From NCBI RefSeq assembly GCF_009914755.1, contig NC_060946.1: 64,000 nt of DNA; one strand, 5' to 3'. The notes beneath the pieces were generated by a model. That model saw nothing but the letters and a program-made list of their open reading frames with translations. It was not told where the DNA came from and did no database searches. This document shows positions 12,580 through 28,209 of this stretch, in pieces. The position numbers and the translations under genes are program-made. Position 1 is the first letter of the stretch, and each line of letters starts with the position of its first letter. Origin of the DNA: the human T2T-CHM13v2.0 reference genome, Homo sapiens.

Positions 12580-12896
12580 CTTTTTTATTTATTTATTATT
12601 TATTTATTTTTTTTGGAGATGGAGTCTCGCTCTGTCGCCCAGGCTGAGGTACCGTGGCACGGTCTGGCTCACTGCAGCCTCTGCCTCCTGGATTCAAGTG
12701 ATTCTTTTGCCTCAGCCTCCCGAGTAGCTGGGACCACAGGCGGCAACTACCATGCCCGGCTAATTTTTGTATTTTTAGTAGAGATGGGGTTTCACCATGT
12801 TGGCCAAGCTGATCCTGAACTACTGACCTCAAGGGATCTGCCTGCCTCTGCCTCCCAAAGTGCTGGAATTACAGGTGTGAACCACCACGTCCCACC
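12580..12896 (-). mobile_element. AluS/J
   Basis: Reverse Alu with (TTTA)n tail. Confidence 0.9.
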
Positions 12897-13135
12897 TCTT
12901 TTATCCCCCATTTAAATGATAATGTTCTTTTTTCGGCCCAGAGTGGTAAAACCTCTGAAACTGTAGCAGAGGACCGTGGCTTGAATACAAACTCTGCCTC
13001 CCGTGCTTTATACTTCTTACTGGATGCTGTCACCTGTTTGTCTGTTTCTCGGACACTTAGGGAAAACCCAGACTCACACACCAGCTGTTCCACCTGTCTG
13101 TACTGTCTTGGTAATTGGCACCACTATTCACCTAA

Positions 13136-13506
<371 letters not shown>

Positions 13507-13963
13507 CAACCAATTCTTATTTCTTAACATTTTTGACCTGTTCTGTACTTCAGTGTCTGGACACTTGCAATGGTCTGATAAGTTTTTCCCCCGGAAATGT
13601 CAGTCACTCCAGTCTAGGCCCACAGGGCACTGAGTGATGCTTCCTTTCACACATGTAGCCACAATCCTATCAGGTGTGGTTCCTTGAGGACAAGGATCTT
13701 GTCCAGGCTGCAGCATGCCAGCTAAATGAATGAGTAAACTGATGGTATCCCCAAACGCAGCAGTTTGGTAATAAACAGATTATTCTGGGTTTAAGGAATG
13801 AGAACAGTAAATAGCAAGTGGGAGTAGTTGAACTTGCCCTTTTAGCCTTCTGAATGTCCTCTCCTTTTCTAACAGGGAATCTGAACAGTCTTAAGTTTTG
13901 AATATATATGGAAATAGTTTAGATTCATTTGAGGAAAAGTAATTTGTTGTCATTTAAAATTAG

Positions 13964-14276
<313 letters not shown>

Positions 14277-14840
14277 CTCACTTAAAACATTGAAACAGTA
14301 TAAAACCTATGCAGTGAAAAGATCTCCTGGTTAACCTATCTTTCCACAAATAATGTGTGCGTATACAACCATTATCTGTGTGGATGTACTTCCTTCTATT
14401 TAATAATAGTACATTACTCCATCAGTCTGGTTTCCCCAACCTCTAATCCAGTTTTATCCATTATCATAAATGGCATCTTTCAACTGAAATTTTGCCCACA
14501 CAAAAACCTTAGTCTTCCTAGCTTTCTGCTTTTCTTTCACCTTGCTCCTTACCACTTACTGTTGATTTTGCTGTCAGCACAGATCTTGTATCTCATCCCT
14601 GCTGCTACTCTAGTCCAGACCATCCTCATCTCATACCTGGATTATTACAGTTCTCTACTCACTGGTCCCTCTGCTTTTCGTTGCACCTTCTATTCCATGC
14701 ACTAGCAGCAGCTAGAGTAATGAACGTGTCAGAGCCTGACCTGCTTATAAGCGTTCCCACTCCGTGTCAAAGAGGACAGACTTGGTGCCATGGTTTACAC
14801 ATCCACCTCTGTGATTTGCCCCCTGCCAGCTTCATCTACC

Positions 14841-15270
14841 TGAAAGAAAGAAGCTGAGACAAAATTGATTTAAGTAGAGAGTTCAGGTGGGCCAGGCTTG
14901 AGGCTGGCAGCCTAGGGGCATAGACTCAAGTTGCCTTGAATCTTCACTTCAATTGGCAGCCATTACAGGTAGATTTTTAAAGGTGAAAAGGGAGACAGGG
15001 AGTGGGACTGATACAAAGTGGTTTGTCAGGAATTCTTTTTGGCTTACAAAAATAACTGATTAGGGATTGGTTGTACATTGTGTGGTGAAGGTAGCATTAC
15101 TAGGTTAATTTATATGAATACCTACTTGTGGCTATGGCAAGCAGTTTCGAGATGAATGCATAGCTCAAGGGGAAGCTAGGACGAGATTGCAATCTCATTT
15201 TAGTGCCTCTCTGGGCCTGAAAATTTAGAAGGACTCACATTCCTCAGATAAGAGTTCTTTTCTTTTCTCA
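14841..15270 (-). mobile_element. ERV1 solo LTR, MER4 group (MER65-like)
   Basis: About 430 bp with TG...CA ends; reverse strand starts tgagaaaagaaaagaactcttatctgaggaatg; splits an L2; subfamily from memory. Confidence 0.6.
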
Positions 15271-15755
15271 GTTCCATGGGGCTTGCTCCATTCCAACCTC
15301 ACAGGATTCTTCCGTTCCTCCGAGCACCAGAGCCCAGGGCTTTTCAACGGTGGTTTCCTTTGCCTGGAAAGTTCTTTCCAGTGTATGGCTGGCTGCTTCA
15401 CATCCTGAAGGTCTCAAATTAAATATCATTGCAGCAAAGCATCCTTCACCAGTTACAACTCAAATTACCCAAATTATTTGCATTAAAATCCATTAGGGAT
15501 ATAGCAGTGAGCCAGAGTTCCTACCTTTGGTGTATATGAACTCCATGGCATTCCATAGCTATTTTTTACTTCAAAGAAAAAGAGTAAGATAAATCATACA
15601 ACTGTCTCAAAATAATGGGAGTTTTAGCTTGACAAAACAAACGTGAAGGACTTGAGGCCTGTTAGTGGACTGACAGGAAGTTCAGTGGGCCTGATGTAAG
15701 TCAAGGGAAATAGTAGGAATTAGTACCCTAAGTTGTGGGACGTCAGATCGCTTAG

Positions 15756-16091
<336 letters not shown>

Positions 16092-16094
16092 GAA

Positions 16095-16580
16095 TTTTAT
16101 TCTGAGTAGTGGCAGTCTTTTTTAAAAGGATCCCTCTGGTATGTGTGGAGAGAATAGACCATCAAGTATAAGAGGGAGAATAGGGGAAAAAATGTGGTAG
16201 TGGAGGTAGAGGTAGTGAAAATCAGTCTCTTGAAGGTGGATTTGCTGGACTGGGATATGGCGTGAGAGAGAAGAGTTAAGGTGATACCAAAGCTTTTGAG
16301 CTGAGTAGCTGAAAGAATGGAGGTGCAGGTACCATTGACCGAGATGGGGAAGACTAAGGGAGGAATACTTGTGGAGTGAGTGATATCTGTATTCGGGTTT
16401 TGGAAATAGTAAATTTTATATTTTTATTAGGCATTGGTCATTGAGTAGGAAGCTGGGTATATACAGTCTAGAGTTCTAAGCAGGGAAGGTAATTTTTGGA
16501 GCCTTCAGAGTATAGCTGGTTCTTCAAGCGCTGAAGAAGGGTGAGATCACTAGGGAGGGAGGAAGGAGCTATAAAAGAAA
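16095..16580 (-). mobile_element. L2 fragment
   Basis: ttttaaaaggatccctctgg...gagatggggaagactaaggg purine-rich L2 minus-strand pattern. Confidence 0.65.
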
Positions 16581-16780
16581 GAGGTCACTCATCACATCTT
16601 ACACACTTTTTAAAACCTTGGTTTTTTAATGTCCGTGTTCCTCATTAGCAGTAAGCCCTGTGGAAGCAGGAGTCTTTCTCATTGACCACCATGACAAGAC
16701 CCTATTTATGAAACATAATAGACACACAAATGTTTATCGGATATTTATTGAAATATAGGAATTTTTCCCCTCACACCTCA

Positions 16781-17213
<433 letters not shown>

Positions 17214-17689
17214 TTAATAAGTGTTGCCAACTTACCTTAGGGTTTATACCATTTATGAGGGTGTCGGTTTCCTTAAAATTTGGCCAGTACATGATGATCT
17301 AATTTACATCTAGAATAGTTTATTACTGTATATAAAAAGGATACATCAACCCTAAATTCTCCTTCCCATTAATGATACCAACATGACTGGCACAAGAATT
17401 ATATTTTGGTTTTAGAAACTTTTCCTTGATAGGAATTTTATACTTTGATAAGTTTTGTCTGAAATTTCACATTCCTGAAAACTTTAAATGAGTGAAGGTC
17501 ATGTAAGAGTTGTGTCTGGGCTTCATGGCAGAACTGCTGACGAGCGTACCCTTTCTGCAGAAAGTATAAAAATGGCCTTGCTGAGGAAATTAAATTTATG
17601 TTCAAGTGCTATTTCTTTATGGCACCGGGAAACAAGCATTTCAAACAGCTGGAAATGGTCAGAGTGGTCATAAAGAGTTTGTGTTAAGA

Positions 17690-18423
<734 letters not shown>

Positions 18424-18526
18424 TTATGAATGTGACACAAAGAGAAAAAGCCTAGGCCTTGTTATTTACAAACTGCAGATTCCACAAAGTTTTAATTTTA
18501 AGCATACCAATCTGACCATTTCCAGC

Positions 18527-19122
18527 TGTTTGAAATGCTTGTTTCCTGGTGCCATAAAGAAATAGCACTTGAACATAAATTTAATTTCCTCAGCAAGGCC
18601 ATTTTTATACTTTCTGCAGAAAGGGTACACTCACCAGCAGTTGTGCCATGAGAGTACACCGAACAAAGGAGACAGGGTCATTTATAACCTGACACGTCCA
18701 CCCTACTGCTGTGTCCGGTTTCCATTGGCTGGAACAGGACCTCACATTCTGTATTTGTCCCGATTGGCTAGCAACTTAGAACTTTTAAAAAGAGGCAAAG
18801 GCAGAGGAGAACAAAGGAAGGAGGAAGTAACTTGTGGAATGCTGAGAAAGGTAAAAACACCTTCAAATAAGGAAGAGGAACAGGCTATGACCTAATGCTT
18901 GCTTGGACCAGTATAAGCATGCCAGGGCAAATAATTAGGCTAAGTTGTGGGAGCTAAGAACATAAAGTACATTGATTTCTTTATTACGGCTAGCAGATAT
19001 TTAAGAATGTTAGCACAAGTGTTTGAATAAATTTTGCTTCTAAGAGAAGTTACTATTTATTCCTCCTAATTAGATGGGGAGGAAAGTCTTTGAAGAGGAA
19101 CCTCTACTTTACTTTTTAAACA
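18527..19122 (-). mobile_element. Full-length LTR10 (HERV-I, LTR10C-like) solo LTR
   Basis: 596 bp, TG...CA ends, exact 4-bp TSD cagc (18523-26, 19123-26); reverse strand contains aagtaaagtagaggttcctcttcaaagactttcctcccc. Confidence 0.8.
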
Positions 19123-19264
19123 CAGCTCATCCTAGAACCTTGTCTCTGGCAATCTTCATCTTCCCAGGATTTACACATATTGATCGTTCATCTTTTCTCC
19201 TCCCTACTCTCCTGACCCACTTTATAGTTCATGGTCTATCATTATAATGTCTTTCTTGCATATG

Positions 19265-19740
19265 GCTTGTATTAGGTATCCATTGATGTGTATGGTGTAC
19301 GCAACTTGGCAGCTTAAAACAGCACACTGTTTTTTGTTTTGTTTTGTTTGTAAGACAGAGTCCCCTCTGTTGCCCATGCAGGAGTGCAGTGGCGCAATCT
19401 CGGCTCACTGCAACCTCCATCTCCTGGGTTCAAGCAATTCTCCTGCCTCGCTTTCCCCTCGGGAAACTACAGGCGCACACCAGCACGCCCGGCTAATTTT
19501 TGTATTTTTAGTAGAGACGGGGTTTCACCATGTTAGTCAGGCTGGTCTCGAACTTCTGACCTCAGGTGATCCGCCTGGGATTATAGGTGTGAGCCACGGT
19601 GCCCAGCCCCAAACAGCACACATTTATGACCTCACACTTTCTGTGGCTCAGCTGCAGTGAAGGTATTAGCTGAGGCTGTGGTCTCATATCAGGGCTCAAC
19701 TGAGGAGGGATCAGCAGATCCAAAATCATGTGGGTTGTGA
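19265..19740. mobile_element. MLT1 (MaLR) LTR fragment interrupted by a minus-strand AluS (19329-19608)
   Basis: gcagcttaaaacagcaca|catttatgacctcacactttctgtgg; Alu TSD aaacagcaca. Confidence 0.7.
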
Positions 19741-20749
19741 TACCCACATTTTCTTCTAGTTTTCACCATTGTATTTTAAATATTTAACTATTTAATCCCT
19801 GTGATGCATGGTAGAATCAAAACCTCACCCCTACATGTTTAGTCAATTATTATTATTATTATTATTGCAACACACTGAATAGTCTACTGTTGTACCATTG
19901 ATAAAAATACTATATTCTAAAATGTTATGTATAGTTGAGTTTGCTTTTGGATTTTCCATTCTCTTCCATTTTATTTAATCCCAACATCATAGTTTTAAAT
20001 CACACTTTTATTATATTTTATAATATGCCGTATTTTCTGGCCATCTTGGTTCCTCTTAGTTTGCAAATTCCTCACAGCCATTCTTCTAAGAGGTGAAAAG
20101 GCAATATAGAACATTAAATTTGTTGGAATCAATTTTGTTTTTCTCAAAGTGATCTACTTTTCAGTGCCCTAATAATTTTGTCATTTGTAATTTGAAACAA
20201 TTTACATTTTTATCTGCAAAAAGCCCTTCAAGTTGGTCACAGTAGTAACTGTTTATTCCACAATTAAAACTGTAATTTTTTTATGGTTTCAGAAAATATG
20301 GTAGATATTGTACATCACAAAGTATAATTGAGAAATTCCTGTTTTCCTCAGAAAATTTTCAGAAACATCCCTTTTTTAAAAAAAGAGTAACAACCTTCCT
20401 CAAGCACTGGTTTTATATAAGGACAACCAGCTTGTTCTGTCTTGGCCTTGGGGTAAAAGTGCCTTCATTTATTACAGCATCACGATATGGAGATGGACTA
20501 AAATAAATTCAGATCTTAGAATAAACAGGTAACAAAAATGTCATTGTGTTGTAGATATATTGTTACTCTTCTACATCTGGGGCCTCATGTGCACTCTTCC
20601 ATATTAAAAAGAAAGATGAGCAAAAATGTTTTCACACATTTAGAATAAGGGTAGAGTTTCATGTAGTACATGTTTATGTCTCTAATCCTTGTTAATCTCA
20701 TTTGCTCCCTATCTGGTCAGGTTATTTAATTGGAATTTATATTTACTAG

Positions 20750-21045
20750 TTTGTTTGTTTGAGACAGAATTTCTCGCTCTTGTTGCCCAGGCTGGAGTGC
20801 AGTGGCACTATCTCTGTTCATCACAACCTCCGCCCCCGCGGGTTCAAGCGATTCTCCTGTCTCAACCTCCTGAGTAGCTGGAATTACAGACATACGCCAC
20901 CACGCCTGGCTAATTTTGTATTTTTACTAGAGACGGGGTTTCTCCACGTTGGTCAGGCTGGTCTGGAACTGCTGACCTCAGGTGATCCACCCGCCTCGGC
21001 CTCCCAAAGTACTGGGATTACAGGCGTGAGCCACTGCGCCTGGCC
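20750..21045 (-). mobile_element. AluSp/Sq
   Basis: Reverse Alu; TSD tatatttactagttt. Confidence 0.92.
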
Positions 21046-21234
21046 TATATTTACTAGTTTTGTCTTGCTCTCTGTCTAGGCCTTTCTGAACTAATAGGGT
21101 CTTGGAATCTAGCTCAATTCTATTTTCTTGTGTGTGATATTTTTGCAATTCATTCATAATACCTTTCGTTAATAAAATTCTATCATTTTGTAAAATTTTT
21201 TGAGCTATAGCCTATTTCTTGTCAGGAACTCTTC

Positions 21235-21345
21235 ACTGAGGCATAAGCTCCCCAAGGGCAGGGAGCTTTCTCCATTTTGTCCACTGTATCCCCAACAGCT
21301 AGACGGTTGCCTTGCACATGAGTGCTCAGTAAACATTTGTTAAGT
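21235..21345 (+). mobile_element. L2 3' end
   Basis: aagctccccaagggcaggg...gtgctcagtaaacatttgtt. Confidence 0.7.
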
Positions 21346-21349
21346 ATAA

Positions 21350-22345
21350 ACATCCATTTACCATATGACCCAGCGGTTACACTTTTGGGGCATTTATGCC
21401 AAAGGAAAAACCTGTAGATGAATACACATAGCGATTTTATTTGCTGTACCTCTCAAGTTGCAAAAACCCAGATGTCCTTCAGTTGGTGAATGCTTAACAA
21501 AAGCATGGTACAGCCATTCCATAGACTACTCCTCAGCAATAAAAAGAGATGAAGTATTGATTCATGCAAAAACTGGGAGACATTTCAAGGAAATTGTGCT
21601 GAGTGAAAGAAAGCTAATCTTAAAAGCTTATATATGATATTATTTCATTTACATATAACATCATTGAAATAATAACATTATAGAGACAGAGAACAGATTA
21701 GTGGTTGCCAAGGATTAGAGATAAGGTGAGAGGAGAGTGGACATAGCTATAAAGAAGTAACACAAGGGAGCCCTGTGGTGATAGCACTGTTCTTCATCTT
21801 AATTGTGGGGGTGGCTGCATGACTCAATACATATGATAAAACTGCGTAGAACTGGCCGGGTGCAGTGGCTTACACCTGTAATCCCAGCACTTGGGGAGGC
21901 TGAGGCGGGTGGATCACGAGATCAGGAGTTCCAGACCAGCCTGGCCAAGATGGTGAAACCCCATCTCTACTAAAAATACAAAAATTAGCCAGGTGTGGTG
22001 GCGGGCGCCTGTAATCCCACCTGCTTGAGAGGCTAAGGCAGAGAATTGCTTGAACCCAAGAGTTGGAGGTTGCAGTGAGCTGAGATTGCACCAATGCACT
22101 ACAACCTGGGCGACAGAGCAAGTCTCTGTCTCCAAAAAAAAAAAAAAAGCATAGAACCACATAACACACACATGACTGCATGTAAAACTGGTGCAGTTTT
22201 AATACGGTGGGTAAAATGGTGCCATTGTGAGTTTTTTTTTTCTTTTTAATATTATAGTTATGTAAGATGTTACCATTGGGGAAATTCTGATGAAGATCAC
22301 ATGGGATTTCCGTATACAGTGTTTATATAACCTATAATTATTTCC
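21350..22345 (+). mobile_element. L1MC-like 3' fragment with an inserted AluS (21854-22148, +)
   Basis: ttaccatatgacccagc, aacagattagtggttgccaagg, atgttaccattggggaaa motifs; Alu TSD gc(g/a)tagaac. Confidence 0.78.
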
Positions 22346-22989
22346 AAGTAAAAAGTGTTATTTTTTAAAACAGAATGAATAGTAAAATCTAACAGAAAAC
22401 ACTTAGGTACATATGGATCATGCAAGGAAGAATTAAAGCTACAGGGTTATTATTACCAAATATTCTTGGAAAGCACTGATTTAAAAACAGAGAGTACTTT
22501 GCTGACTTTTTTTGTTATGAAGGAGCAGGTTTCTTGAGTTTACTGTTTGTATTACTCTGTGTGTCTAACCTAAGTCTAGGTACTTAGTTTTAAAATACCT
22601 TTAAAAGGAGCAAAAAAATCTCACTTCAGGAGCTTTAAAAATTGTGAAGTTAGCACATTTAAATAATAGTGACCTATAGCTTTGTGAAAATGAGTCATTA
22701 TGAATTACTGTCTACATCAGTTTGAGAAGAAAGCAACTTATACTTGGAAAAAGTAAAAGCGAATCATCCCTTCTTACCCTAAGCACTTCTCTCCCTTCTG
22801 ATTATTGAGTTACACAAAAGTATTTCAAGGACAGACCAAGGAAGCCTAGATTCCAAAGGATTGATTTTAGTTGTCCGTTGCATATTCCAGTTACAGTAAG
22901 AACCTGCAGGGTGATATACTCAGGGCCTAAGGACCCCCAGGGTCATTCTAGGGCTTATATTTTAGAAAAAAGATCCAGAGCAAAGATGC

Positions 22990-23332
22990 AGTTTCTTTCT
23001 TTCTTCCTCTTTTCCTTTGCCCTGCCCGGCCCTGCATCCCAGCCCTGTGTCCCAGCCTAGAGCATAGTGGCATGACCACAGCTCACTGCCTCTGCAACTT
23101 CCCGGGTTCAAGCTATCCTCCCATCTCAGCCACCCGAGTAGCTGGGACTACGGTTGAGCGCCACAACGCCCAGCCAATTTTTTGTGTGTGTTTTTTTTTG
23201 TTTTTGGTTTTTGTAAAGACAGAGTTTCACCACATTGCCCAGGCTGGTCTTGAACTCCTGAGTTCAAGGGACTCCCCCGGCGTCGGCCTCACAAAGTGTT
23301 GGGATTACAGGTGTGAGCCACAGCACCTGCCC
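22990..23332 (-). mobile_element. AluJ
   Basis: Diverged reverse Alu; TSD aaagatgca. Confidence 0.82.
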
Positions 23333-23854
23333 AAAGATGCAATTTCATACTACCAAAAATACAGAGAAATAGAAAAAGAGAACAATGAAAGCCACATGCC
23401 AAAATTATTATAGTTGCTTCTTTGTAGCCACTTTGCAAACTCCTGAACTTCTTTGTGATGGAAGTCTGTTGTGCATCCTTCACTCTTTGAAAATCTTCAA
23501 CACAGGAAACCTGGCTTTTCACATGGGTTTTCCAAATATGCAACCTAAAGCAACTGTCTTGAAACAAATTCTTCAGAAGCCTCTTATCCTTTTAACTCCT
23601 TAAGCTGAGCATGTAACTTTGTAAGCTGGGTTTATGAAGGGCCACATGTATTTATACCAGTAGCAGCTTAGTATGTGCTGTGCGGGTGTTTCTCAGGGTA
23701 TTTATTCTACTCCATTGATCTATTTCTTCTCTTCCTCTTCCTTTCTCCAGCTTTCTGAGTAGTTGGGACTACATATTCGTGTAACCATGCCTGGACTTCT
23801 TTATTTTTATAACTTCCTCTTCCAGCCCAGAAGGCAGTTTGGTGTCTTTGATAG

Positions 23855-24227
<373 letters not shown>

Positions 24228-25510
24228 CTCGATTTGGATTCTTTAGAGGGATTGAAGGTTATTCACATGTGATTCCTGTACTCCCCAGTGACCCAGGTGT
24301 CTTGATTCTGGGGCTTCAGTTTCTTGCCCCATCAGTTTTCTCTTCCCCTCTCATTTTAGTTCAGACCTTCAGGTTGACAAGTCTTAGATTGTATGGAGAG
24401 TCTCTGCCTCTAGCCAGTGCCTGTCATCCCCGGTATCCTTATGTCCCAGTCGTTGAATCACATTAATAAACACTATCTACACAGCTGCAGCCTATCTTTT
24501 CACATCACAGCTTTCTCTCCCACAAAGTGAAACTTCATTTTTGGGGTGTAGGGGAAGGAAATCTCTTATGTTTATATCAAATCTTTATTTTCTTGCCTAG
24601 GACTTCATCCTTTCTAGGTCTCTTCTGGGGTTAGCAGCAGTGTTTCATCCCCACAAAAACTAACCAAGTTTGGCTTAGTCTTAGCTGGCCTTTAGTTCCA
24701 TCCTGGAGACCTGTTTGGGGGTGCTGTGTGTCTCTTTGTAGACCTGTCAATCCTGTGGTTGCTTCCCTAATTCGCAGCATCAGGGAATCACCCATTACCG
24801 CGATGGGTTTCCCCGGTCGTGCTGCTCTGCCAGCAGCTGTAGCAGCTCTTATTTGTAGAAATGGGACGTTCTGTTTATTGTAGGTCCTAGTCAATCTGAT
24901 ATGAGGAAAGCTTCTCTTCTCTTTCTCTGTTGGTTCAGAGTTTATTCTTTTTTATCCAAAGCAACTGCTGATACACAACTTACTGATATTAAGTTTGATT
25001 CCCACCAGTCTCCTAAAACAATGGTGATTTTTTTTAAGAAAGTTATTTCCTTTATCCTCTTTTAAATATTCTGTTTGTGAGACAGTATTTTTCAAGTCCC
25101 ATTCTCTTTCAAGTATTCAAAGATGGTGGATGCCTCAGGCAGAAAAATAGATACAACAAACTCCCTATATTTCCCACCCCATCTGTACTTCCTGTTGGGG
25201 TTAGGACTCATTTAGAATTTACCATCATTTGCTAGGCACTTTCTCCTGAAACTCCTGGCGAGGAGTTTGATGGCTTTCGTTATCAGTAGACCAATTTATC
25301 CAGGTAAAAGCAATTAGCATTCTCCAGTGAGCCCAAGTGTGTGAGCCCTTCTCATGGGCAAGCCTTTGTGCACCAGAATACACAGAAGTCAGTCTTCGTT
25401 CCAGATGTTTCCCATGTTTTTCCTCTGCGATGGGATTGGGTGGGAGTGAAGAAACCATGCCTATGACAACAGAAGAAACAACATGAGTCAAGACTGGGAA
25501 GTACCCGTTA

Positions 25511-25808
25511 CTTTTTTTTTTTTTTTTTTGAAATGGAGTCTCGCTCTGTCGCCCAGGCTGGAGTGCAATGGCACAACCTTGGCTCACTGCAACCTCCGTC
25601 TCCAGGGTTCAAGTGATTCTCCTCCCTCAGACTCCTCAGCAGCTGGGACTACAGGTGCGCACCACCAAACCCGGCTAATTTTTTTATTTTTAGTAGAGAC
25701 AGGGTTTCACCATGTTGGTCAGGCTGATCTCGAACTCCTGACCTCGTGGTCCACCCGCCTTGGCCTCCCAAAGTGCTGGGACTACAGGCATGAGCCACCA
25801 TGCTCGGC
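25511..25808 (-). mobile_element. AluS
   Basis: TSD agtacc(c/t)gttacttt. Confidence 0.9.
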
Positions 25809-25841
25809 AGTACCTGTTACTTTTTTAAAGATAAAGATCTT

Positions 25842-26099
25842 GACCGGGCGCGGTGGCTCACACCTGTAATCCCAGCATTTTGGGAGGCCGAGGCAGGCGG
25901 ATCACGAGGTCAGGAGATCGAGACCATCCTGGCTAATACGGTGAAACCCTGTCTCTACTAAAAATACAGAAAATTAGCTGGGCATGGTGGCGGGCGCCTG
26001 TAGTCCCAGGCAGAGCTTGCAGTGAGCAAAGATCGTGCCACTGCACTCCAGGCTGGGCAACTGAGCGAGACTCCATCTGAAATAATAATAAAAAAAAAA
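25842..26099 (+). mobile_element. AluY with an internal right-arm deletion
   Basis: tagtcccag|gcagagcttgc junction; TSD aaagataaagatctt. Confidence 0.88.
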
Positions 26100-26351
26100 G
26101 ATAAAGATCTTAAGATAATACTGAGAAGGTGTAGGTTGAGGTCATTTGGGGAGGCTTTGAATGTTAAGTTCAGGATACAGACTTAATCTGATGAATTGCG
26201 AGGAGTCTTTGGAGGCTTCTACACGAAAGCAATATTGTCAGAATTGAATTTAAGCAAATTTAATTGGGCAGAGGTTTAGTCTGTATTGGATATGGGGAAC
26301 CAGTTTGGAAGTCCCGGTGAGAAGTTTAGGTCATCAAAACCTGCCTGTCCT

Positions 26352-26637
26352 AGGCCAGCTGCAGTGGCTCACGCCTGTAATCCCAGCACTTTGGGAGGCC
26401 GAGGCGGGTGGATCACGAGGTCAGGAGTTCAAGACCAGCCTGGCCAAGATGGTGAAACCCCATCTCTACTAAAAATCAAAAATCAGCTGGGTGTGGTGGC
26501 GAGCACCTGTAATCCCATCTACTCAGAAGGCCGAGGCAGAGAATTGCTTGAACCTGGGAGGTGGAGGTTGCAGTGAGCCAAGATCGTGTCACTGCCCTCC
26601 AGCCTGGGCAACAGATCGAGACTCCGTCTCAAAAAAA
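26352..26637 (+). mobile_element. AluS
   Basis: Dimeric Alu. Confidence 0.9.
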
Positions 26638-26639
26638 TT

Positions 26640-27820
26640 TATTAAATACTCACTGTGGGCAAATACAATTTTGGGGAAACAGCCACAAACCCAAAGCAGA
26701 CAAAGCTCCTCAAGGGGTTTGCTTAATAATGGTGGAAGACAGAAAATAAATGCATATAATCAATAGCTGGTAGGTTAGTTAGAAAAATAAAGCAGAGTAG
26801 AGGGACGAGACAGTGACTGGACCTATAGAAAGTGAGGGAGAGGCTATTCCAGGCAGAACCTAGTGCAGATGCCCCAGCCGGGAGTGCTGAGTGTATCTGA
26901 GGAGCAGGTAAGAGGCCAGTATGAGTTAGGGAGGTGATCAAGGATGAGAGTAGTGAGAAGCGATGTTAGCGTGTCAGCAGGAGGCTGACAGGTGAGGTCT
27001 TAGAGGTCATATAAACTTTGGATTTAGTTCTAAAGGAGACATTGGTACAAAGGGGTGGAATGCTCTGACTCACGTTTCGAAGGCTCACTAGCTGTTGATA
27101 TGAGGAGCAGACAGAGAGAAGCAGGGAGTTTGGTGAGGAAGCTTTTAAATGGATGAAGCTCAGACAAATGGGCCATGGAGATGGTGTGAGAAGAGAGGGG
27201 TTTCTGAATCTCTTTTGAATATAGTCATCAGGATTTGTTAATTGACTAGATGTGAAAAGAGAGAAAAAGGGAAGAGTCAAGGATGCCTCAATTTTTTGCT
27301 GGAGAAATATGCCATTTACTGAGACTGGGGAGTTAGAGGGAATCAGGTTTGAAGAGGTGAGATCCAAAGCTCGGTTTGGTTCTGTTAAGTTTGCGCTGCC
27401 TGTTTGACATTCATTGCTGACGTCGGGGACGGGCACTGGGATAAGGGGACTCCGGAGTTGAGGAGAGGTGGGGGGGTGTAATGAGAGCCAGCCTAATCGA
27501 TGGGATTTTGAGCCATGATGCTGAAAGAGCTATCAAGAGTCAGTGGGTGTAGAGCAGAAAGGGAAGCAAGAGCAGGGAAAAGAAGAGGTCCAAGGGGTGG
27601 TTCTCCAGCAGTAGAGTTGGAGGGCTAGGGTGAGGAAAACAGCAAAGATGGAAAAGAAATAGCAGTGCGGTGGTGGGTGGGTGTGTCCTGAAAGCCAGAG
27701 AAGAAATTATTTTAAGATAGAATCAACTTAAATGCTGCTTTTAAACTTAGTATGATGGAGGCTGAGAACCATTTGTTAAATTTGGCTTGGTTGCAGTACA
27801 ATGGTGGGAATGAAAATTTG
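26640..27820 (-). mobile_element. L2 fragment (~1.2 kb)
   Basis: tttattaaatactcactgtg, ttccaggcagaac, gagtcaaggatgcctc, gatggaggctgagaa L2 motifs. Confidence 0.75.
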
Positions 27821-28209
27821 TTTGCATCACTAATACTGGCATTAAGATTTTGTATAGAAGTTTTTGTTACCATCTCTGAGGCTTCAGTCATTTTAATGAA
27901 GTTTCACTAGTGAACTGCTTCATCAGTTGAGACAGGTAATTGCTTAGGCAGGAATTTCTTCTCTTTAGGCCAACTGATGAAATTTCTTACTAGTATCAAG
28001 TTTAAAAAGGTGTCCACATAATTAAAAGAAAACTCCTAGTTCTTAAATTGTCAAAGAAGTGGCCATATTCTCCCTGCTGCTTATCTCTGACGAGTAGGGG
28101 TTTGACAGAGGGCATCTTTGCTCTGCCACCCCTCACTGTCTTGGCCCAATTCAGTTAATATTGGCAGCTACCAACATTTGTTATGCTTATTACATTTTTA
28201 AGGAATAAA

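Noticed and set aside
18569-18895. 108-aa ORF
   Set aside because: Inside the LTR10 solo LTR with a non-ATG start; chance ORF
26966-27436. 156-aa minus-strand ORF
   Set aside because: Lies in a decayed L2; no recognisable protein similarity
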